This document shows, one piece after another, positions 46,114 to 56,139 of a stretch of DNA of 64,000 nucleotides. The number at the start of each line of letters is the position of its first letter. Within the stretch, counting starts at the first letter, position 1. Under the pieces are notes generated by a model. It did not search any database, was not told the origin of the DNA, and was given only the letters and a program-made list of their open reading frames with translations. Origin of the DNA: a virus; the IMG/VR virus record IMGVR_UViG_3300027708_000032, positions 1 to 64,000 of that record; one strand, written 5' to 3'. Position numbers and translations under genes: made by a program.

Positions 46114-46635
46114 TTATTGTTTAAGATTACCTGATAAACTAAAGGTATTACTCCCTTGACATATAACTGTAATAACACCATATTGTGTTTGTGAACGTCT
46201 GTAATTAAATACACTGTGAATAGTCACACCACTAGCAGCTGCAAAAGTAATAGTTCCACCAGCTTGTAACACCTTACAAGTCCAACCATCAGGTAAACCT
46301 GCAGGAAGAGTAATTGTAGAGACACCACCAGTAGTCATACTAACTAGTTTATTAAAATCACCAGTTACTACAGTGTAGATGCTACCTGTTTGTGTATTTC
46401 CAGCAGGGTAAGCTGTAGCTCCACCAACTAAAGCAGCAAGCTGAGTCATAGCTGTAGCTGTCATATAACCATTTGCAGATGTTGTAGCAGCTTGCATAAA
46501 CAAAGTGTCTTTTACAGCACCACCAGTTCTAACTACTCCTAAGGGAGATTTAACAACTGTTGTGTCATAAACCATAGTTTGTGCAGAAGCACCAAAAGAG
46601 AAAAGAATACCAAGAATAAATAATAGTTTTTTCAT
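46114..46635 (-). CDS. secreted protein with tail-fibre-like C-terminal domain
   Basis: Signal peptide ending ASA-Q; TITLP..LPDGW...ITFAAASGVTI...QYGVITV...LSGNL. Confidence 0.55.
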   Translation of the reverse strand: MKKLLFILGILFSFGASAQTMVYDTTVVKSPLGVVRTGGAVKDTLFMQAATTSANGYMTATAMTQLAALVGGATAYPAGNTQTGSIYTVVTGDFNKLVSMTTGGVSTITLPAGLPDGWTCKVLQAGGTITFAAASGVTIHSVFNYRRSQTQYGVITVICQGSNTFSLSGNLKQ

Positions 46636-46659
46636 GTGTTTATTTTTTTTTTAGATTAA

Positions 46660-46821
46660 TTAAACTGTTTTAGCATCTTGTGCTGAAGCTCCCAAGAAGA
46701 ATAAACCAATAGCTTGACATACTTGTCCTACTATTTGTAACACTCCTGTTTGAGAATTTACTAAGTAGCTACCCACTGCAGCTAAAATACCACCGATTGT
46801 TGTTTTCCAATTTGCTTTCAT
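46660..46821 (-). CDS. holin-like 2-TM protein, 53 aa
   Basis: Manual translation MKANWKTTIGGILAAVGSYLVNSQTGVLQIVGQVCQAIGLFFLGASAQDAKTV. Confidence 0.6.
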   Translation of the reverse strand: MKANWKTTIGGILAAVGSYLVNSQTGVLQIVGQVCQAIGLFFLGASAQDAKTV

Positions 46822-46825
46822 AATT

Positions 46826-49240
46826 TTAATTTTTAAATTTTAAACGTGATTTAATAATAGAAGAAATATATGTAACTGTAAAGTTAAAGTCATGTGTACA
46901 ACCATTAGCATCTTTAGCTGATATAGTATGATCACCAGAAGTTACACCAGTGAAAGATGTACCTGATTGATAAGCTCCACCATCTAGACTATACGTCTTA
47001 GCTCCTGTACCACCTGTTACACTAACTGTCACAGTAGTAGTCCCACCTTGAACAGTGATAGGAGTGAAAGATACTGTTCCTGTTACATCTGTAGGCTGTG
47101 ACAAAGTAACAGATATATTAGCGGTGGAACCAACAGCATCACTTATATTGTAAGACGTACTTCCTGCTGCTTGTATAAATGTTCCAGTTCCATTATACGG
47201 AGGAACACCACCTGTAGCACCAACTGTAACATTTGTTGTACCATTAAAACATGTAATTGTTCCTGTTGTTACAGTGGCTGTTAATGATGTTACACTAGTT
47301 GATGGTTTGTACAAACCAATAAATGGTGTAATACCAACAATACTATTACCCTCAAAGTCTGTAGTAAAACCTGATATAGCCACGCCATTATTACGAGCAT
47401 AGCTTGTGTCATTTAAATGTAAGTCCCAGTTCTCTGGATATATACTATTAAGAGTATCTTTAAATAAAAGACCACTAGTCATAGCTCTTTCTTTAGTACC
47501 TCTATAATTAAGTGTACCACCAACAGCAGATGCATATCTAGCCCCACCTAAATAATAATAAATATTAGCAGAACGCTTGTATCTATTTCTATCATATAAT
47601 GCTTGTATACCCGTAGTCCAATAAAATATATTATTTCTATTGTCAATCATTGTATCTATGTTAGATCCCCATAGTGTAGCATCCCCTGAATACTGCATAG
47701 TAAATCTAGTTCCACCATAGTTTTGATAAGCAGGATTACTAGGATTACTCCATGTTGTATTAGATACAGGAAGATAAAAACCTGACATACCAGAACATGT
47801 ATAGTTTGATTCTGATCTTGTAGATGGATCACTAAGTGTAAGACTAAGACCATTAATAGCAGTGACTGTTACTGTTTTATATACTATACTAGCAAGATCA
47901 TCATCATCTGTAAACCAAACTGAACCAACGAATATACCTGTGGCATTACTCACTGTAATAACATTAGAACCTGCTGTAGTACTAACTGTGGGTCTTAATG
48001 GATAGCCTGGAGGATTAAATGTATTAGCTATATCTCTACAGAACCACCAAGGTTGTGTTGTACCAGGTCTAAAACCTTGTCCATCTCCATATACATCTTT
48101 ACCAAAACCTAAACCATTCAGTCTATCATTATTATTAGATATAATTACATTATTCCAATGTGATAAATGATGATTATTTCCTTGGAAAGCATCACCTACA
48201 CTACCATGAATATAAGCAAACTGACCACAGTTTATTATTTTATTAAAAGCAAATGTATCATACTGTGAACCTGAGTTACTATCATTTCTATCAAGGTTAC
48301 CAATCTCATATGCTCCACCACAATCTATAATAGTATTATAACAAACTTTAGAGTTGTATAGATTAAATATATCCATAGCTACACCACCTAAACCTTGACA
48401 AGATCCTATTCTACCACTCTTACCCCAAGCTCCTTTAATATAGTTATAACTAATCTCTGTTCTAATAGCTGCAATACCCTCTATAGCACCAGCCATAATA
48501 TCATGTGTACCAGCTGTATCTGCAGAACTCTTGAAGTTAGTGAACCTGTTATTTGTTATCTTAGAATCAACAGTAGCCATTCCTTGTATACCATACATAG
48601 TATTGTTAAACACACAGTTTCTCACTGTAAATCTAGTGACCATGTATTTTCTTCTACTAGTATCTCCATAACTATTTTTAAGACCACCACTTGTACCTTG
48701 TGTCCATTCTCCTAATATCCAACCACCAGAATAACCTGGATTAGCTTTATCAGTTTCAGGTACTCTATAATCATTAGATTGTATACCATCTATGATGATA
48801 TCATGTACGCCTGCAAAATATACTATACCTCTACCTTCTCTTGATATCCATGTACTTACAGGATATGTAGCACTTGGATATAACCAGTTTGGCAAACTTC
48901 CTGTACCATAATTAGTAATTACTATAGGTTGACTAGGTGTACCTGACGGAGCTGTAAAATATGTACCACCATCATTAGCCCATTGCATACTAGAAAACCC
49001 ATTAACAAACCCATTGGCAAATACATCACCTCTTTTAAATGCTATAGTATCACCAGGTAAAAAAGTACTAACTCCACTAGTTACACATCTTTGTAGTTTT
49101 TGTAAAGTCTGCCATGGTGTAGCTTGGTTCTGAGCTTGTGTAGATGTATAGTTGTCATTACCAGTAGAAGAACTGAAATAAAACTTTCTACCAAATACTA
49201 TGGTAGGCAATAAAAATAAAATCAGTAAGAGTTTTTTCAT
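46826..49240 (-). CDS. secreted right-handed beta-helix protein with C-terminal SprB-like repeats
   Basis: Signal peptide; FYFSSSTGND..PWQTL..PGDTIAFKRGDVF; Asn-ladder repeats; TGGTGAKTYSLDG...DANGC. Confidence 0.7.
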   Translation of the reverse strand: MKKLLLILFLLPTIVFGRKFYFSSSTGNDNYTSTQAQNQATPWQTLQKLQRCVTSGVSTFLPGDTIAFKRGDVFANGFVNGFSSMQWANDGGTYFTAPSGTPSQPIVITNYGTGSLPNWLYPSATYPVSTWISREGRGIVYFAGVHDIIIDGIQSNDYRVPETDKANPGYSGGWILGEWTQGTSGGLKNSYGDTSRRKYMVTRFTVRNCVFNNTMYGIQGMATVDSKITNNRFTNFKSSADTAGTHDIMAGAIEGIAAIRTEISYNYIKGAWGKSGRIGSCQGLGGVAMDIFNLYNSKVCYNTIIDCGGAYEIGNLDRNDSNSGSQYDTFAFNKIINCGQFAYIHGSVGDAFQGNNHHLSHWNNVIISNNNDRLNGLGFGKDVYGDGQGFRPGTTQPWWFCRDIANTFNPPGYPLRPTVSTTAGSNVITVSNATGIFVGSVWFTDDDDLASIVYKTVTVTAINGLSLTLSDPSTRSESNYTCSGMSGFYLPVSNTTWSNPSNPAYQNYGGTRFTMQYSGDATLWGSNIDTMIDNRNNIFYWTTGIQALYDRNRYKRSANIYYYLGGARYASAVGGTLNYRGTKERAMTSGLLFKDTLNSIYPENWDLHLNDTSYARNNGVAISGFTTDFEGNSIVGITPFIGLYKPSTSVTSLTATVTTGTITCFNGTTNVTVGATGGVPPYNGTGTFIQAAGSTSYNISDAVGSTANISVTLSQPTDVTGTVSFTPITVQGGTTTVTVSVTGGTGAKTYSLDGGAYQSGTSFTGVTSGDHTISAKDANGCTHDFNFTVTYISSIIKSRLKFKN

Positions 49241-49243
49241 AGT

Positions 49244-49594
49244 TTAATAGTTATAACGTTGTTTAAAAAATGTATCAAGATCTGATGGGGTAGATGTTCT
49301 AGACTTAGTTATCTTATCACTGTACACTTTCTGAATAACCACTCTAGATGTTCCTACATCTGTAAGTCTGTTTTCTATATCTTCAATTCTAGCATCATAC
49401 TGAGCTGTAAGACTATCTATCTCTATCTGTTTTTTAATAAGTTCTAAGTTATTAGCCTCAAGATCTTCTATTTTCTTTTGTAGTTCTTTAGTGTCTTGTG
49501 GTAATACTACTTTAGGAGTGAGGACATTTACAAGAATAATAACTCCTATTACTATTCCAAGTCCAATTAATGCATACTTTGCGTACTTGTTCAT
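49244..49594 (-). CDS. inner-membrane coiled-coil protein (i-spanin-like candidate)
   Basis: N-terminal TM plus coiled coil. Confidence 0.5.
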   Translation of the reverse strand: MNKYAKYALIGLGIVIGVIILVNVLTPKVVLPQDTKELQKKIEDLEANNLELIKKQIEIDSLTAQYDARIEDIENRLTDVGTSRVVIQKVYSDKITKSRTSTPSDLDTFFKQRYNY

Positions 49595-49606
49595 ATATGT
49601 TTGTTT

Positions 49607-50023
49607 TTAATTGTATACTTTTATTTCTATAGTAAATGAAGTATTAGCAACAACATCTATTCTAGATCCTTGATAGTTTGTAGTTAAAAAATAAATTTGA
49701 TCTGTATCAATATAGCCATATTGAATATGTAATGGATACGCAGTTCCATACGAAATAATTGATGTATTTAATACAGAAGTTTTATTAGGAGTAAATAACC
49801 CCTCTCCAAAACATTTAATTAATGGACCAGAACCCTCATAAGTCCAAACAATATTTCCAAGTGTATTTTCTATTACTGTTACTATAGGATCACTTGTACC
49901 ATTTGGTTTTACTAAAGCTGTATACACTTTATAAGAAGGGTTATTTACAGTATGAGCAACAGCTCTTATTCTTCTGTCATTGTAGTTAAGTCTACCAAAT
50001 ATGTCTGTATAGTTAGGATTCAT
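49607..50023 (-). CDS. putative virion accessory protein
   Basis: YKVYTAL...VIENTLGNIVW...IEIKVY domain typical of Bacteroidota phage late genes. Confidence 0.5.
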   Translation of the reverse strand: MNPNYTDIFGRLNYNDRRIRAVAHTVNNPSYKVYTALVKPNGTSDPIVTVIENTLGNIVWTYEGSGPLIKCFGEGLFTPNKTSVLNTSIISYGTAYPLHIQYGYIDTDQIYFLTTNYQGSRIDVVANTSFTIEIKVYN

Positions 50024-50339
50024 GCTCTATATATTTTTTAATGTCAAAGATTTCTTCATGCTTAAAATACTTATCATAAGATGACTGCCTTACTGTTTCA
50101 ACATTACCTACTAACTTCTTATTAAACGTAGCCTGCTCTAACATTTTTACATCTTTCTCAAGACTTTCAATCTTAGTCTTGTCTATATTAGACTGAGCTA
50201 ATAAAGCTTTAACATCTGATCTTAGCTCCGAGACATCTCTCCAGATTAACATTGCTAAGATACTAAGTAAAGATGGAAATAAATATACTTTTACAGTATT
50301 TCCAATGTTATGTTTTTGGGAGTTTTGCACAGGTGTCAT
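50013..50339 (-). CDS. TM plus coiled-coil protein (holin/lysis-associated candidate)
   Basis: Single TM then coiled coil; first gene after the late motif. Confidence 0.5.
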   Translation of the reverse strand: MTPVQNSQKHNIGNTVKVYLFPSLLSILAMLIWRDVSELRSDVKALLAQSNIDKTKIESLEKDVKMLEQATFNKKLVGNVETVRQSSYDKYFKHEEIFDIKKYIEHES

Positions 50340-50400
50340 TTTTAGACAGATGTTTTTAATTAGTTTTCATATATTTGTTACCCTTTGTGATGAAGTTCAC

Positions 50401-50412
50401 AATATAATATAC
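50401..50412 (-). promoter_or_regulatory. candidate late-promoter motif GTATATTATATT
   Basis: Third exact copy, heading the lysis block. Confidence 0.55.
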
Positions 50413-50462
50413 GATTTTTTTACTTCATAAAATATAAACCACCCCTTAAACTTAAAATAGTT

Positions 50463-50924
50463 ATGCCTAGAGACATAAAAGAAGAAAAAGAGTTTACTAA
50501 ACACTTTGTAAAGAGGTTTTATAGAAAGTTTAATTACTATCCTACAGTAATTATAAACAAAGAAAGAGCTAGTGATGATTATAACTTACTCAGTCTGAGT
50601 CAGTTAGAAGAATGCTTTACACCCTTTCTGCCTACATTACGTAATAAGATTATACCATTAAACAGTAGAGAAAGAATAAGAGAAATAACAGAGCTAAGAC
50701 ATGTATTTTGTTTCTTAGCTAGAAGCATGAACTTTAAAGTGACCACTATAGGTAGATATCTAGGTGGTAGAGACCATACCACTGTAGTACACAGTGTAAT
50801 GGTTTTCAAGAACTTATATGAAACAGATGAAGCATTTAGAGAGAAATTTAAACGTATTACTAACCACATAAAACAAAAGTATGAGTCATCAATTATGGAG
50901 CACGTTGATCAAGCATGGAATTAG
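50463..50924 (+). CDS. DnaA C-terminal (domain IV) HTH protein
   Basis: RIREITELRHVFCFLAR...IGRYLGGRDHTTVVHS. Confidence 0.8.
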   Translation: MPRDIKEEKEFTKHFVKRFYRKFNYYPTVIINKERASDDYNLLSLSQLEECFTPFLPTLRNKIIPLNSRERIREITELRHVFCFLARSMNFKVTTIGRYLGGRDHTTVVHSVMVFKNLYETDEAFREKFKRITNHIKQKYESSIMEHVDQAWN

Positions 50925-51468
50925 TCCAAACCAAATGTATTTTTTAGACTGCTGTAGATCCAGCATTAAACCAAGTAGTATCATCAATCAGGATGCTGAG
51001 AAAATGATATGTGTAGCTAAATGTCTTATTAATGAACAAGGTGAGCTTACTAACCTTGGAGCCACTGTATTAAATGAGTTTGAAGCTTATTTAGTTAAAC
51101 GTAAGAAAGCTATAACAAGAGAAGTTTTAGGTCCAGATTTTAAAGCTAAAGTAGAAGAGTACATAAAATTATGGCCTGCTATGACGCTTCCTTCTGGAAA
51201 AGCAGCTAGACAAGGTAAAAATGATATAGAAAAAAAGTTTGTAGTTTTCTTTAAAGACTATCCAGAGTATGATTGGAATCTAGTATTGGATGCCACTCAA
51301 ATTTATGTACAAGAGTTTGAAAAGAAAGATTATAGATTTATGGTAAACAGTTTATATTTTATTAGTAAAACTAATAATATGACTAAAGATTCTACATCTG
51401 ACTTAGCCAGTAGATGTCAGGTTATATTAGACAACCCTGCAGAATTAAACAAAATTGAACAAAGATGA
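50881..51468 (+). CDS. conserved replication-associated protein upstream of DnaB
   Basis: Position; YIKLWP..TLPSGK..R motif. Confidence 0.5.
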   Translation: MSHQLWSTLIKHGISPNQMYFLDCCRSSIKPSSIINQDAEKMICVAKCLINEQGELTNLGATVLNEFEAYLVKRKKAITREVLGPDFKAKVEEYIKLWPAMTLPSGKAARQGKNDIEKKFVVFFKDYPEYDWNLVLDATQIYVQEFEKKDYRFMVNSLYFISKTNNMTKDSTSDLASRCQVILDNPAELNKIEQR

Positions 51469-51536
51469 TAAAATAATTTTGGTGTTTTAAAAAAAACTAT
51501 ATACATTTACAGTACAAAAAGCAAAATCACAATAAC

Positions 51537-52577
51537 ATGTCACAAGCAGAGAGACACTACGGTGCAAAGAAGTATTCTGAAATACTCAACGAAGGTCTTC
51601 AATATATAAAAGATAGAAAGTCTGGTAAGATAAAATCTTTTAAAACCCCATGGAATAGTTTAAACAACGCAGGTGTTGGTGGTCTTGAGTGGGGAGCTAT
51701 GCTAACAATAGCAGCACGTCCAGGTGCAGGTAAGACAATGTTAGTTTCTCATATTATAAGAGAGAGTAAAATTTTAAATCCCACACAAGATTTTAATATT
51801 TTAGAATTTCAGTTTGAGATGGCTCCAAAACAAACTGCATCTAGAGATTTTGCTGCTCTTACAGCTTTAGACTATGATATAGTGTTAAGTACTAGACAAG
51901 CAGTAGATGACTATTCTGTAGAGATGATGGAAAAATATGTAAAAGAAACTGAAAGGCTTGAGGGACAAGGTGTACATAGACTACAGATTAATAATCCTCT
52001 TACACATAAAGACATGGAAAAGGCTATTCATCATTATTATAATGCAATGGGTGGTAAACCTATGATTGTTACTATAGATCATAGCTGGCTTATGAAAAAA
52101 GACGTAGGAGATAAAGAGAAGATTAACACTCTTTATAACACTGTAGAAATGCTTATGCAGGTTAAAAATAAGCTACCTATTATTGTACTTATGATATCTC
52201 AGCTTAACAGAGATATAGAAGATCCAGGAAGAAAAACACCAGGTAGTATTCAAAACTACCCAACTAGTAGTGACATATTTGGTGGTGATGCTCTTATGCA
52301 GGGTTCAGATATGGTGCTAGTTCTTACTAGACCATTTAGATCAGAGATCAGATGTTATGGTCCTAAACAATTTCAAACTACTAAAGAAGATATATTCGGT
52401 CATATTCTAAAATCTAGAAATGGTTCTGATGATGATAATATCATTTACATGAAAGGAGACTTTAAGAAACAGAGTATGATTGAAAGTCCTCCTCCTATAG
52501 CTAGTAACCCCTCAGGTACCTTTGTAGCAAGGAGTAGAAGTAGATTACAGTCCACAGATGCTGATATAAACATTTAA
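51537..52577 (+). CDS. dnaB: DnaB-like replicative helicase
   Basis: IAARPGAGKT, FQFEM, TIDH, SQLNR, GGDALMQGSD, KSRNG. Confidence 0.9.
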   Translation: MSQAERHYGAKKYSEILNEGLQYIKDRKSGKIKSFKTPWNSLNNAGVGGLEWGAMLTIAARPGAGKTMLVSHIIRESKILNPTQDFNILEFQFEMAPKQTASRDFAALTALDYDIVLSTRQAVDDYSVEMMEKYVKETERLEGQGVHRLQINNPLTHKDMEKAIHHYYNAMGGKPMIVTIDHSWLMKKDVGDKEKINTLYNTVEMLMQVKNKLPIIVLMISQLNRDIEDPGRKTPGSIQNYPTSSDIFGGDALMQGSDMVLVLTRPFRSEIRCYGPKQFQTTKEDIFGHILKSRNGSDDDNIIYMKGDFKKQSMIESPPPIASNPSGTFVARSRSRLQSTDADINI

Positions 52578-52616
52578 CATTTTCACCCAATACATTCACA
52601 ATTTAAAACAAACAAC

Positions 52617-53198
52617 ATGTTTCAGACAAACTTGCAACAAGCAAAAGTAGATGCTACTAATGCACAATGGAAAAAGGATAAGCTAGAAGCTATCCGTAGT
52701 TTTCACCAAGAACTTATTAGTGATCTTGGTATTGAAAGATCAGATTTTAACATGAAGATGCCATTCTATGATCAGAAAGCTAGAATGGTTGTAGGCATTT
52801 TTGCCTCAGAATTTAAGAAGGACAAAGGTTTCTTCTTTGAACTAGTAACAAGACAGCTAGACCCTGCAGACGAAGAACGCAAAGTTTACAGAGTGGCTCC
52901 TAGTGGTAGTTATGAAGAAGAGTATGAACTGAATGAAAAAGGTTCTTATCTTGTTCCTGTTGAAGAACTAAGAGTGGTTAATCCAGACTCTGTAGCTATT
53001 AGTAAATCATCAGCTGTTACAGCTAGTGATAACTTTCTAAAAGGAACACAGCCTTTAGTAGAAAGATACAAAGCTCCAGCTCCTATGGAAGATGCTGCTT
53101 ATAGTGAGATGACCATCAGAGACTACTATGCTATTCATAGTGGTAAACCAGTAAGTGCTAAGAACTGGTTGAACGAACTTATAAAAAACAACAAGTAA
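52617..53198 (+). CDS. hypothetical protein
   Basis: ORF track; C-terminal MTIRDYYAI motif. Confidence 0.65.
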   Translation: MFQTNLQQAKVDATNAQWKKDKLEAIRSFHQELISDLGIERSDFNMKMPFYDQKARMVVGIFASEFKKDKGFFFELVTRQLDPADEERKVYRVAPSGSYEEEYELNEKGSYLVPVEELRVVNPDSVAISKSSAVTASDNFLKGTQPLVERYKAPAPMEDAAYSEMTIRDYYAIHSGKPVSAKNWLNELIKNNK

Positions 53199-53199
53199 T

Positions 53200-53883
53200 A
53201 TGGCACACGGTATTTTAATTATTGCAGAGTCAGGTGCTGGTAAATCTACCAGCATCGAGACTCTCGATCCTACAGAAACATTTATTATTAATGTAGCTAA
53301 CAAAGCTCTACCTTTTAAAGGCTGGCGTAAGAAGTACAGTATCTGGAGTAAGGAAAATCCTTCTGGAAATATGTATGACAAAGCTGGTCCTGAGAATATA
53401 GAAGCTTGTCTTAAATACATTAGTGAGAAACGTCCAGAAATTAAGACAGTAGTAGTAGATGACTTTCAGTACATGTCAAGCTTTGAGTTCTTTGATAAAG
53501 CTGATGAGAAAGGGTACGAGAAGTTCACTAAGATTGGTGCACACTTAGCTCGTATAGCTAGAATGCCCAAGGATCTAAGAGAAGACTTACAGATTTATTT
53601 TCTTACGCATGCTGAAGAGTCTACAGACTTAGAAGGTAAACGTAAGTTTAAGGCTAAGACCATAGGTAAGATGGTGGATGAAAAGCTTACCCTAGAAGGT
53701 TTGTTCTCTATTGTTCTATTTGGTAAGACCAAGAAAAACAAAGAGGGAGAAATCAGATATGTATTTGAAACTCAGACTAACGGTGAGAATACATGTAAGA
53801 GTCCTAGAGGTATGTTTGATACATTAGAAATACCAAACGACCTTAAACTTGTACGAGACTCTATTATAGCTTACGAGAATTAA
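53200..53883 (+). CDS. AAA_24/Sak4-like ATPase
   Basis: ESGAGKST, VVDDFQY, LTHAE, KTIGKMVD, CKSPRGMF. Confidence 0.8.
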   Translation: MAHGILIIAESGAGKSTSIETLDPTETFIINVANKALPFKGWRKKYSIWSKENPSGNMYDKAGPENIEACLKYISEKRPEIKTVVVDDFQYMSSFEFFDKADEKGYEKFTKIGAHLARIARMPKDLREDLQIYFLTHAEESTDLEGKRKFKAKTIGKMVDEKLTLEGLFSIVLFGKTKKNKEGEIRYVFETQTNGENTCKSPRGMFDTLEIPNDLKLVRDSIIAYEN

Positions 53884-53912
53884 CTTTTATTATAAATTAA
53901 AATCACAAAAAA

Positions 53913-54536
53913 ATGTTTAGTACCAAAGGACAAGAAGTAAAACAAGGTAGCTCCGTTTCTAAATCTTTAGAACCAGGAGTGGCATTAGCACACATTTATA
54001 GTGCTAACGTAAGAACAGCATCTACAGGAAAGAAATGTTTAGAATTGGTTCTTGAAGGACCAGCTCTAGAAAACTTTGAAGGTTGGGCTGTGGATAAAAA
54101 TAACCAAGAAGGAACTAAGTTTAGAGGCCAGTCTGCTAAAGTTAGTGCAACCATCTACACTGCAGATTATGATAGCAGTGACATTAACAAGAATGACATT
54201 CTAAGAAAGATCATCACTATTGCTGATGAAGCTGGTCTTAGAACTGAAGTGGATGCTCTATCTGGAGATGGTAGTATCACTACCATTGAACAGTGGGTGG
54301 AAGCTGCAGCTAATGTTCTTAAAAACCAATCTTTATATTTCTTCTTAGTAGGTACTGAGAAAGAATATAACGGTAAAACTATTTTGATATTGTCTCTTCC
54401 AAAGTATAAGTTTTGTGCGGCTGATCCAAGCAAGCTTAACAAGTTTGACAAGAACAATAAGTATCACTATATAGCACTAACTAACAAACCTGTATCAGGT
54501 TTTGAACCAGCTAGTGATGACTTCGGAGGTCTTTAA
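53913..54536 (+). CDS. putative single-stranded DNA-binding protein
   Basis: Follows Sak4-like ATPase; beta-rich N-terminus; acidic-aromatic tail DDFGGL. Confidence 0.5.
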   Translation: MFSTKGQEVKQGSSVSKSLEPGVALAHIYSANVRTASTGKKCLELVLEGPALENFEGWAVDKNNQEGTKFRGQSAKVSATIYTADYDSSDINKNDILRKIITIADEAGLRTEVDALSGDGSITTIEQWVEAAANVLKNQSLYFFLVGTEKEYNGKTILILSLPKYKFCAADPSKLNKFDKNNKYHYIALTNKPVSGFEPASDDFGGL

Positions 54537-54567
54537 TTTATATAAAGGTTTAGTTTTTCTGATTGAC

Positions 54568-54599
54568 AAGGGGAATGTTTCTACATTCCCCTTATTTTT
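54568..54599 (+). terminator. intrinsic terminator
   Basis: AAGGGGAATGT-TTCT-ACATTCCCCTT-ATTTTT. Confidence 0.7.
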
Positions 54600-54616
54600 G
54601 TAATAAACTTTAATGT

Positions 54617-55687
54617 ATGTTCAAAACTAAAGATCTTATACATAATATAAAAGATGTTCCTGGAACATGGATATTTGAGCATTTCTGTAAGCTTAAACAT
54701 AAACTTACAGGTGAAGATGTTAAGATTAAAAGTATGTTCAATCCTAATGAACGCACACCTAGTATGTGTATTTATGTAAACAAAGATGGAACGTATTTAT
54801 TTAAAGATTTTTCTACAGGTAAAGGTGGTGATGGTGTTACGCTTGTAAAAGAAATAACAGGACTAGCTTTTAGTAAAGCCTGTGAGCTCATCATAGAAAA
54901 CTATAATGATTTTGTACTACACAATAATGGAGGACAAGATATACAAAAGTTTCAGAGGGCATCTAAGTACAAGGTGACAAGTACTAAGCCTAGATCATGG
55001 ACAACACAGGACCAGTATTACTGGACACAGTTTAACATTGGATCTAAGTTACTAAACGCACACCACGTTAAACCTTTAGAAAGTTATTGTATGACCAAAG
55101 AAGAAGATGAACTTTGTATAAAGGGACTCTATCTCTATGGTTATTTTAAAGAGGACGGTACGCTATATAAGATATACCAACCGAAGACACTAGATAAGAA
55201 GTTTATTAAAGTGTCAGATTATATACAAGGATATGAGCAGATACACAGAACTGATAATCTGCTAATCACGTCTAGTCTTAAAGATGTTATGTCTATTAAA
55301 TCTTTAAAGCTTGATATAGATGTTATAGCTCCTGATAGTGAGAACACCATGCTTAAACCAGATGTCATGGAACAACTACATGAAAGATATAAAAACATTG
55401 TAGTGTTGTTTGATAATGATGATGCAGGTGTTGCAGCTATGAAGAAATATAAAGAAACATATCCCTATGTTGAAGTGGCCGTTCTACCTATGAGTAAGGA
55501 TGTATCAGATAGTATAAAAGATTTTGGAGCTAAAGAAGTTAGAAACAGATTAGTTCCTATCTTAGATAGAAAATTAAAATATGACAAAGAAGAAGAGAGT
55601 AACAGCTCCCAAGACAAGAAACGCAGGGACCATGACAGATGCTGCTTTCTGGAGTTTCATAAGAAGTGCACTACGACAGAAGTCTAG
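54617..55687 (+). CDS. DNA primase (Zn-binding-like N-domain plus TOPRIM)
   Basis: ERTPSM...FKDFSTGKGGD; ITSSLKD; APDSE; LFDNDDAG; SKDVSD. Confidence 0.85.
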   Translation: MFKTKDLIHNIKDVPGTWIFEHFCKLKHKLTGEDVKIKSMFNPNERTPSMCIYVNKDGTYLFKDFSTGKGGDGVTLVKEITGLAFSKACELIIENYNDFVLHNNGGQDIQKFQRASKYKVTSTKPRSWTTQDQYYWTQFNIGSKLLNAHHVKPLESYCMTKEEDELCIKGLYLYGYFKEDGTLYKIYQPKTLDKKFIKVSDYIQGYEQIHRTDNLLITSSLKDVMSIKSLKLDIDVIAPDSENTMLKPDVMEQLHERYKNIVVLFDNDDAGVAAMKKYKETYPYVEVAVLPMSKDVSDSIKDFGAKEVRNRLVPILDRKLKYDKEEESNSSQDKKRRDHDRCCFLEFHKKCTTTEV

Positions 55688-55964
55688 ATGGTGGAAACCT
55701 ATAGCTCAAGCTAAAGCAAAAGCTAAGAGATCTTATAAAGGTCCACTTAAGAGACAGAAGTTTGAGTATCAGTGTGCAGAGTGTTTAAACTGGTTTCCTG
55801 ATAAGGAGATCAATGTAGACCATGTTGTACCTGCTGGTACTTTAAGGTGTGCTGATGATCTTCCAGGTTTTGTAGAAAGATTATTTTGTGAAGTGGACAA
55901 TCTACAGGTGCTCTGTTCTACCTGCCACAATAAAAAAACACAACATGAAAAGTCCAAAAAGTAA
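55581..55964 (+). CDS. HNH endonuclease
   Basis: CAEC...VDHVVP...NLQVLCSTCHNKKT. Confidence 0.85.
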   Translation: MTKKKRVTAPKTRNAGTMTDAAFWSFIRSALRQKSRWWKPIAQAKAKAKRSYKGPLKRQKFEYQCAECLNWFPDKEINVDHVVPAGTLRCADDLPGFVERLFCEVDNLQVLCSTCHNKKTQHEKSKK

Positions 55965-56139
55965 ACAGGACCTTATAGAAAAAGTAGTGGAACAGATTAA
56001 AGAAGATGTCCACTGTGGTTATTATGAATCTTTAGAAGGACTGCTTGAAATTCTATCTGTAGATAATTTGATAGAATATTTACCAGAAGAAGACTGGAAA
56101 CAATTTAAACACTTAACAGATGACACCACAACTACATGA
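55945..56139 (+). CDS. hypothetical protein
   Basis: Likely start MKSPKSK (55945). Confidence 0.55.
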   Translation: MKSPKSKQDLIEKVVEQIKEDVHCGYYESLEGLLEILSVDNLIEYLPEEDWKQFKHLTDDTTTT

